From contig NC_000909.1 of NCBI RefSeq assembly GCF_000091665.1, positions 60,001 through 92,000 of the forward strand: DNA of 32,000 nt. Reading direction: 5' to 3'. The notes below the pieces were generated by a model that saw only the letters and a program-made list of their open reading frames with translations, was not told the DNA's origin and did not search any database. Positions 26,614 through 32,000 of the stretch are shown here, in pieces; position 1 is the first letter of the stretch; every line of letters begins with the position of its first letter. The DNA is from Methanocaldococcus jannaschii DSM 2661. GTDB lineage: Archaea > AGJL01 > Methanococci > Methanococcales > Methanocaldococcaceae. A program made the position numbers and the translations under genes.

Positions 26614-28082
26614 TGATAAAGATAACAGTTAAGAGATTTAACGGAGAGAAAGAGTATCTTGAAAGCTATGAAGTCCCAGAAAATATAACAGTTTTAGAGG
26701 CCTTAGAGTATATAAATAAGCATTATGAGGCTAATATTTTATTTAGAGCGTCTTGCAGAAATGCTCAGTGTGGAAGTTGTGCTGTAACAATAAATGGAGA
26801 GCCAAGATTGGCATGTGAGACAAAGGTAGAGGATGGCATGATAATTGAGCCATTAAGAGGATTTAAGGTTATTAGAGATTTAATTGTTGATAGGGAACCA
26901 TATTATAAAAAGTTATTAGGCATAAAAAACTACCTTATAAGAAAAAATTATCCTGAAGAGCTTGAAATTCTCATTCCCAAATATGTTGAAGAGAACAAAG
27001 AGCTTAGAGGTTGTATTGACTGCCTATCTTGCCTCTCTGTATGTCCAGCAAGGGAAGTTAGCGACTATCCTGGCCCAACTTTTATGAGACAGTTGGCGAG
27101 ATTTGCGTTTGATAAGAGGGACGAAGATGGCAGAGAGATAACTGCATACTTTGAAAATATCTACAACTGCACAACGTGTGCTAAGTGTGTTGAGGTCTGC
27201 CCAAAGGAGATTGATATTGTTCATAGAGCTATAGAAAAGCTTAGAGCTTTAGCATTTAGTAAGGGCTATTATATAGAAAATCACTTAAAAGTTAGGGAAA
27301 ATGTTTTAAAATATAACAGAAGTGTTGTTGAAGAGGAATTGCCATTATTAAAGCAAGTTGCTGATTTCTATCCAGCTGAAAGTGAGAAATTAAGAGTAGC
27401 TTTCTTTACAGGATGTTTAGTTGATTTTAGACTGCAAAATGTAGGAAAAGATGCAATAAAGGTTTTAAATGCTCATGGTGTGTCAGTTGTTATTCCTAAA
27501 AATCAGGTTTGCTGTGGCTCACCATTCTTCAGAACTGGGCAGAGGGATGTTGCTGAAATGCTAAAAAGAAAAAACTTGGAAATATTTAACAAGTTGGATG
27601 TTGATTGTGTTGTAACAATCTGTGCTGGTTGTGGAAGCACATTAAAAAACGATTATAAGGAGAGAAAGTTTGAAGTTAAAGATATAACAGAGGTTTTAAC
27701 TGAAGTTGGACTTTTAAAGTATAAACCGTTAAAGATGAGAATCACTTACCACGACCCATGTCATTTGAGGAGAGGACAAAAAATATATAAACAGCCAAGA
27801 GAGATTTTAAAGTCCATTCCAGAACTTGAATTTATTGATATAGAGGCAAGGTGTTGTGGAGCTGGAGGAGGAGTTAGGAGTGGAAAACCAGATATTGCTA
27901 ACTTAATAGGTAAAAGTAGGGCAAGGATGATTTATGATGCCAATGTAGATGCTGTAATTACAGTTTGCCCATTCTGTGAATACCACATAAGAGATAGCTT
28001 AAAAAGGTTTAAGGAGGAGAATAAAATAGATAAGGAAATAGATGTTATGAATATTGTCTCTCTATTGGCTAAAGTCATTTAA
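26613..28082 (+). CDS. tfrB: Thiol:fumarate reductase subunit B-type protein (FrdB/SdhB-like Fe-S domain fused to an HdrD-like CCG domain)
   Basis: The start MIKITVKRF is at ATG 26613 (TAATG overlap with the exchanger stop; the track start 26550 overlaps the upstream gene). A 2Fe-2S region (CRNAQCGSCAV..C), two 4Fe-4S motifs (CIDCLSCLSVCP, CTTCAKCVEVCP) and two CCG motifs (CCGSPFF, CCGAGGG) are present. Confidence 0.85.
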   Translation: MIKITVKRFNGEKEYLESYEVPENITVLEALEYINKHYEANILFRASCRNAQCGSCAVTINGEPRLACETKVEDGMIIEPLRGFKVIRDLIVDREPYYKKLLGIKNYLIRKNYPEELEILIPKYVEENKELRGCIDCLSCLSVCPAREVSDYPGPTFMRQLARFAFDKRDEDGREITAYFENIYNCTTCAKCVEVCPKEIDIVHRAIEKLRALAFSKGYYIENHLKVRENVLKYNRSVVEEELPLLKQVADFYPAESEKLRVAFFTGCLVDFRLQNVGKDAIKVLNAHGVSVVIPKNQVCCGSPFFRTGQRDVAEMLKRKNLEIFNKLDVDCVVTICAGCGSTLKNDYKERKFEVKDITEVLTEVGLLKYKPLKMRITYHDPCHLRRGQKIYKQPREILKSIPELEFIDIEARCCGAGGGVRSGKPDIANLIGKSRARMIYDANVDAVITVCPFCEYHIRDSLKRFKEENKIDKEIDVMNIVSLLAKVI

Positions 28083-28088
28083 TTTTAT

Positions 28089-28517
28089 TTATATTCCAAC
28101 GTATATTTTTTTGTCTCCAATTTCAATAACCTCTTTATCTCCTTCTGGCATCTCTTCAACAATCTCTATATAATCCTTATTGGCTATATCGTTACTCAAA
28201 ACATCTAAAATATATCTCAAATCTTCATCATCTGTGTAAATCTTAGCTTTTACTTTAAATCTCCTCGCCAATCTTGCAATATCTCTTAAAGTCAATTTTG
28301 CTTCAGTAATTAACTCTAAATATTTTTTAGCTTCTTTTAAATCTTCTTCTTTTCCTATTAACACTGGATATTTAACATTGTATATTTCATCCTCCCTAAT
28401 GTCAAATTTTACATTACAAATCTCTATCAATCTGGCAATTATTGATTGAGGTAATCCAGGAGGTATTGGGATTTCCTTTTCATCTATATCATAGCATTTA
28501 AAATTAAAGTTCTCCAT
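28089..28517 (-). CDS. Hypothetical 142-aa acidic protein
   Basis: ATG start with balanced composition. It is probably co-transcribed with the upstream 28561-29481 gene (43-nt gap). No recognisable motif. Confidence 0.5.
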   Translation of the reverse strand: MENFNFKCYDIDEKEIPIPPGLPQSIIARLIEICNVKFDIREDEIYNVKYPVLIGKEEDLKEAKKYLELITEAKLTLRDIARLARRFKVKAKIYTDDEDLRYILDVLSNDIANKDYIEIVEEMPEGDKEVIEIGDKKIYVGI

Positions 28518-28560
28518 GTTTCTCCCTCGTAATGTTATTTATAAAAATTATAAAAATAAT

Positions 28561-29481
28561 TTAAGCTTTATCCTTATGCATCTCAAATTCAACTTCTGAT
28601 TTTGGTTTTATTTTTATTAATATATAGTTTTTCATCTCACTTCTTTTAATATCTGCTATATCTCCCAATGTATAGTTTTTGACTTTAACTTCCCTAATTT
28701 TATCTGCATATTTATCATAATCTAACTTAACTCTCAAACCATCCAATTGAGTAACGATAGGCATTGGAGATAAAATTGAATAAACTTCTTCAACCTGCTT
28801 CTCAATCTCATCTTTAACAACTACTGGTGGAACAATTGGAGGGTCGTAAGATAACTCTCTCCTCCTCTCATTTATAAGTTCTGTTATTACCTCAACCATC
28901 TTTCTTAAAGCTCTAATTTCTTCTCCATGCCTTAATCTATGGCTTCTTCTCCCAAGATTTCCAACATACGGGTAAGGAATATCTATTTTTTCAGGTCCTC
29001 CAGTAACAACAACTGGAATATCCACATCAAATAGATGGGTTTTATTTTTAATGCAATCCTCAAAATTACCCATTACATAAACAGCCAAATCATGCTCCTC
29101 TATTAATCTCCTTTCTTTTTCTCTCAATTGGGCTATGTCTCTCCCAACCCCTCTTGCTAAACCAATCATGTTTGGCTTAGCTCCAAATCTTCTCAAATAT
29201 TCTGAAATATCACAGGCAGTATGTGGGAGGTGATGTCTTGATAAACTTGGAGCCACAACAGCTATTTCAGTCCCTGCCAACGGGGTTTCTATAATCTTAC
29301 CCTTATATTTTTTAGCTTCCTCTTTGATATTTTCAAGTTCATTTTGAGGAATTGCCAAGGTCATATAAACGTCTAACTGCATAACGTGCTCTTGAATAAC
29401 AAAACCTCCGATATCCTCAATCCATTCTTTGAAGATGTTGTTTTTATAAACCCCTCCTTCGTATCTAACTATCTCATACAT
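28561..29481 (-). CDS. Conserved methanogen protein of unknown function (possibly a methanogenesis-marker family member, unverified)
   Basis: ATG 29481 (MYEIVRYEGG) follows GGTGA with a 5-nt spacer; the track start 29493 is TTG. It contains PSLSRHHLPHTACD and GNLGRRSHRLRHGEE. The family label is a weak recollection only. Confidence 0.45.
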   Translation of the reverse strand: MYEIVRYEGGVYKNNIFKEWIEDIGGFVIQEHVMQLDVYMTLAIPQNELENIKEEAKKYKGKIIETPLAGTEIAVVAPSLSRHHLPHTACDISEYLRRFGAKPNMIGLARGVGRDIAQLREKERRLIEEHDLAVYVMGNFEDCIKNKTHLFDVDIPVVVTGGPEKIDIPYPYVGNLGRRSHRLRHGEEIRALRKMVEVITELINERRRELSYDPPIVPPVVVKDEIEKQVEEVYSILSPMPIVTQLDGLRVKLDYDKYADKIREVKVKNYTLGDIADIKRSEMKNYILIKIKPKSEVEFEMHKDKA

Positions 29482-29564
29482 TAGAATCACCAAAGTTTAT
29501 TTCTTAAAAACTATCTTATTATGTTTCAGCTTTTTATTTTTTACCAGGCAATATAAAGTTTCTA

Positions 29565-29945
29565 TTAACTTTTTCTTTTTTCTTCTATAAGCAGTTTCCT
29601 AACAGAATAAGAAACATGGTGGGCTATATTTATCGCTTCCAACTCCCCTCTGGTCTTTGGAAATATAACCTCTTTTTTTAAAATTGCTGAAATAATATCC
29701 TTGGATATGTTGAAAAACTCTCCTCTTTCACATAGAATGTAATCAAACTCATCTCCAACTTTATCAATTAACTCCTTAACCTCTTTAACAATATCTCTCA
29801 ACTTCTGAGTTTCTTCTTCTTTAACCATAACATCTATTTTTTCCACATGCACAATTCTATCTGCTTTAATCTCAACTAAAACCCCAGCATAAACTCTAAA
29901 AAATATATCATTTTCATGATGCCTTCCAGATATATCTATAGCCAA
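29565..29945 (-). CDS. Hypothetical protein with faint RNase H-like (RuvC/YqgF-type) terminal motifs
   Basis: It has a TTG start (MAIDISG...). The sequence (IKVL)AIDISG at the N-terminus and EAINIAHHV near the C-terminus are reminiscent of RNase H-fold nucleases. The evidence is weak. Confidence 0.4.
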   Translation of the reverse strand: MAIDISGRHHENDIFFRVYAGVLVEIKADRIVHVEKIDVMVKEEETQKLRDIVKEVKELIDKVGDEFDYILCERGEFFNISKDIISAILKKEVIFPKTRGELEAINIAHHVSYSVRKLLIEEKRKS

Positions 29946-29963
29946 TACTTTAATCGTATCACC

Positions 29964-30752
29964 TCAAGATTTAAAAAGCATAGAAATTAGATACAAAAAT
30001 AAGTTTTTATACCCAGTTGCAAAGGCAGCTAATAGGGGAATTCCATAAGCTTTTGCATAGCTATAGATAAACCAGTCAATTGGCTCCAACATTCCAGCAA
30101 TAAAGATAAATATAAAGGAACAAGCTATAAGAATTACTATTTTTTTACTTGTTATTTCTCTTTTAACTATTGGGAGAATTTTATTTGATAATTCTACTCC
30201 AACAACGACTGCAGTGGCAAATCCAAAAAATTCAAAAAATCCATGTGGAAGGACAGCAATTAAATCAGAATATTGAAGATTTACTCCAATTAATCCAGTC
30301 AGTGGATTTATGACAGTAAAGATAAATAATATTAATAGATATTTTTGATAACACTTAAATAGTTCTTCTTTCTCTTCAAGTGTTTTAGCTTTTTCTAAGT
30401 CTTTCTTATATAAATAAGCAAGTGCTCCAAGAGCAAACATTATAATCAAACACCCCATAAAATTAGAAACTATATATGAAAGAGCATAAGTTAAGTAAGC
30501 ATTTTTTACCCCAACAGTATTCGATACAGCTGAAGAAACAGCGTTAAATTTTGCAGTTCCAACACTTTGAGCTAATTTAGCTGGTTCAGATATAAAATTG
30601 GATTTTAAAATAGATGATAAATATAAAAGGAACTTCCCTACAGAGAAAGAAAACAGAAATCCTGCCCAACACAAAAAATAGGTTATTAAAATCTTTTTTG
30701 GAATATTTAAAGAGAGATATTTTTTAAAAATCTCCATGGCTTTTACTTCCAT
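29964..30752 (-). CDS. Integral membrane protein (about 6 TM segments)
   Basis: 262 aa with repeated hydrophobic segments (ILITYFLCWAGFLFSF, LIIMFALGALAYL, LLILFIFTVINPL, FFGFATAVVVGV, IVILIACSFIFIFIAG, LLAAFATGY). There are two possible ATG starts (30752, 30737). Confidence 0.65.
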   Translation of the reverse strand: MEVKAMEIFKKYLSLNIPKKILITYFLCWAGFLFSFSVGKFLLYLSSILKSNFISEPAKLAQSVGTAKFNAVSSAVSNTVGVKNAYLTYALSYIVSNFMGCLIIMFALGALAYLYKKDLEKAKTLEEKEELFKCYQKYLLILFIFTVINPLTGLIGVNLQYSDLIAVLPHGFFEFFGFATAVVVGVELSNKILPIVKREITSKKIVILIACSFIFIFIAGMLEPIDWFIYSYAKAYGIPLLAAFATGYKNLFLYLISMLFKS

Positions 30753-30786
30753 GATTTCCCTTGGAACTTTTTATAAACGTTTAGAT

Positions 30787-31041
30787 GGAAACTGTTAGGT
30801 TTTCATTACCGAAGCTACGCTTTGGTTAAATAAATCCTAACGGATTTGTAGCTCTTCGCTCCGCTCCGATTAAATGAAAACTTTTTGAGTTTTTGTAGCC
30901 AGAATTGAAACTTTCTGTTTCATCAAAATTTTTATGAGCATCCCTCGTAGAAAGGGATTCCAACCTATTGGACATTAATTGCCCCTGTAAGGGGCAACTT
31001 AATGGACATGTGATATCCCAATAGGAGGCATCCTCCTATGG
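30787..31041. repeat. Cluster of at least 8 short GC-rich hairpins (modular palindromic elements and/or a structured ncRNA) filling the intergenic region
   Basis: The hairpins are: ggaaac/gttttc (30787-30804); accgaag/ctttggt (30808-30826); aaatcc/ggattt (30832-30847); gaaaact/agttttt (30876-30894); gaaac/gtttc (30907-30921); atccct/agggat (30940-30958); cattaattgcccct/aggggcaa-c-ttaatg (30973-31004); ccaataggagg/cctcctatgg (31018-31041). By hand count, GC is about 47% over 30938-31041. Confidence 0.7.
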
Positions 31042-31044
31042 TAT

Positions 31045-31476
31045 TTAAATCATTCTTATTGGTCTTATAGCACCACAAGCCATACATTTGAGTAAATGAA
31101 CTCTTCCCTCCTTAATAATCTTGGTATCTGGCTTACCGCACTCTCTACAGATAACATACTCCCTCAAGAAGTCATTAATTCTTGATTTTAATAACTCTGG
31201 GCTGATTCTTCTCTGTAAGATTAATCTACCTCCCTCTAAGTTACCAGCACTACCAGTCTCTTTTAAAAGATACTTAGCAAAGAATTCCTCATCTCTATTA
31301 ACTGCCTTAGCCAACTCTCTAAAGTTTCTTATTATTGTTCTATTTCCTTCTATCAAAATCTCAATTTCTGGAAGTTCAAATCTATCTTTTTGGAAAACGT
31401 AATCTGGAATCTGACTTCTTGCTCTCTTTAATAATGCCTTATAATCATAATAGTCAATATTTTCAAGGTCGCTCAT
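31045..31476 (-). CDS. eif2b: Translation initiation factor aIF2 beta subunit
   Basis: 143 aa. It has YDYKALLKRA, RFELPEIEILIEGNRTIIRNF, and a C-terminal zinc ribbon CRECGKPDT...CMACGA. This is the canonical aIF2-beta/eIF2-beta core. Confidence 0.92.
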   Translation of the reverse strand: MSDLENIDYYDYKALLKRARSQIPDYVFQKDRFELPEIEILIEGNRTIIRNFRELAKAVNRDEEFFAKYLLKETGSAGNLEGGRLILQRRISPELLKSRINDFLREYVICRECGKPDTKIIKEGRVHLLKCMACGAIRPIRMI

Positions 31477-31671
31477 TTTATCACCAAAATAAGATTATCA
31501 AAAAACTATAACTTTTAATTTATATAAAAAACTATCCCAATTGCCAAATGGTAATATAGTGTCTTTCAAAATTTATAAAGCTTATTTATTAATAAGGAAA
31601 ATTTCAAAGTGTTTTGAAAGATACTATAAATTCAATTAAAAAAGAATAAAATTTCTAATTAATTATTTTAA

Positions 31672-31857
31672 TTATTTTATTCTCTTACCATTAACTTTCT
31701 TATTTTGCCATGAATATTTTCTCATTCTTTTATTTGGAAATCCACATGCAGCACATCTCTTTTTTCTTACGTGGTAGGCTCTTCTCCCACATCTTCTACA
31801 TCTTATGTGATATGAACCTTTGTTTCTTTTACCCATTGATGGAGTTCCTTTTGACAT
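31672..31857 (-). CDS. rpl37e: 50S ribosomal protein L37e
   Basis: 61 aa and highly basic. [26 protein letters not shown]...CAACGFP is the L37e zinc-finger signature. GGTGA RBS. Confidence 0.95.
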   Translation of the reverse strand: MSKGTPSMGKRNKGSYHIRCRRCGRRAYHVRKKRCAACGFPNKRMRKYSWQNKKVNGKRIK

Positions 31858-31891
31858 AAGTTATCACCTTAAAATCTTTAATTTGTGTTTT

Positions 31892-32000
31892 TATAGTTTT
31901 TGCAAATATTTAGAATACATTAAGGCATATAATGAACGCCTTCTTATAGAAGGCGGTCAATCTTCCTTCGTCAATTTAATAACTTTTGCAAAAAACCATA
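31892..32000. mobile_element. 109-nt MITE-like element, copy 2 (ends exactly at the window edge)
   Basis: TIRs are tatagtttttgcaaa (31892-31906) and tttgcaaaaaaccata (31985-32000). The central hairpin is tgaacgccttc / gaaggcgGtca with one mismatch. It is collinear with 11963-12071 at roughly 85% identity. Confidence 0.7.

Noticed and set aside
28089-28517. 142-aa protein considered as the missing MrtD
   Set aside because: Its sequence does not resemble the McrD/MrtD N-terminal pattern as I recall it (..IEIFPHR.L..ETTEKLL..). The match is on size alone, which is insufficient.
29964-29966. TGA between the membrane-protein gene and the in-frame downstream ORF considered as a selenocysteine or read-through codon
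   Set aside because: The two products are unrelated in character (polytopic membrane versus soluble). A strong GGTGA RBS overlaps the stop. This position does not correspond to any selenoprotein I know of in Methanocaldococcus, and no SECIS-like hairpin is evident downstream.
30842-30870. gtagctc / ggatt motifs considered as a tRNA fragment
   Set aside because: No acceptor stem, anticodon arm or T-arm (GTTCRAATC) can be assembled. No cloverleaf is possible from the surrounding sequence.
30787-31041. Hairpin cluster considered as a CRISPR array
   Set aside because: There is no constant repeat unit and no regular repeat-spacer periodicity. The hairpins differ in sequence and spacing. No cas genes are in the window.

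Overview
This is an AT-rich archaeal chromosome segment. The gene content points to a Methanocaldococcus (M. jannaschii-like) genome, probably around loci MJ0060-MJ0098 (locus numbers are from memory and cannot be verified here). That content includes the MCR isoenzyme-II operon mrtB-G-A, a TfrB-type thiol:fumarate reductase subunit, an NCX-type Na+/Ca2+ exchanger, argB, relBE, aIF2-beta and L37e. I support about 38 protein genes, one frameshifted HAD-family gene and one orphan gene-end fragment. I found no tRNA, rRNA or CRISPR array. Four things go beyond routine annotation. (1) A minus-strand block at 8.0-14.2 kb contains a NikR-fold regulator with no His or Cys, a RavA/MoxR-type AAA+ ATPase, a HEAT-like protein, a vWA/MIDAS protein and two tandem archaeal AAA-type ATPase paralogs. 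It sits back-to-back with the mrt operon and next to relBE. (2) A family of GC-rich modular palindromic elements occurs at 231-310, 9171-9242, about 14355-14500, 21807-21854 (in frame inside a CDS) and 30787-41041-equivalent cluster 30787-31041. Two of these insertions are bracketed by long duplications of the host gene's last codons, and two copies show compensatory stem changes. (3) A 109-nt element with 16-bp terminal inverted repeats and an 11-bp central hairpin is present twice (11963-12071 and 31892-32000). (4) A CooC-type nickel-insertion ATPase and a BtuFCD/Fec-type ABC operon, interrupted by an O-methyltransferase-like gene and an unknown gene, lie directly downstream of mrtA. All functional links are inference from sequence and gene context.
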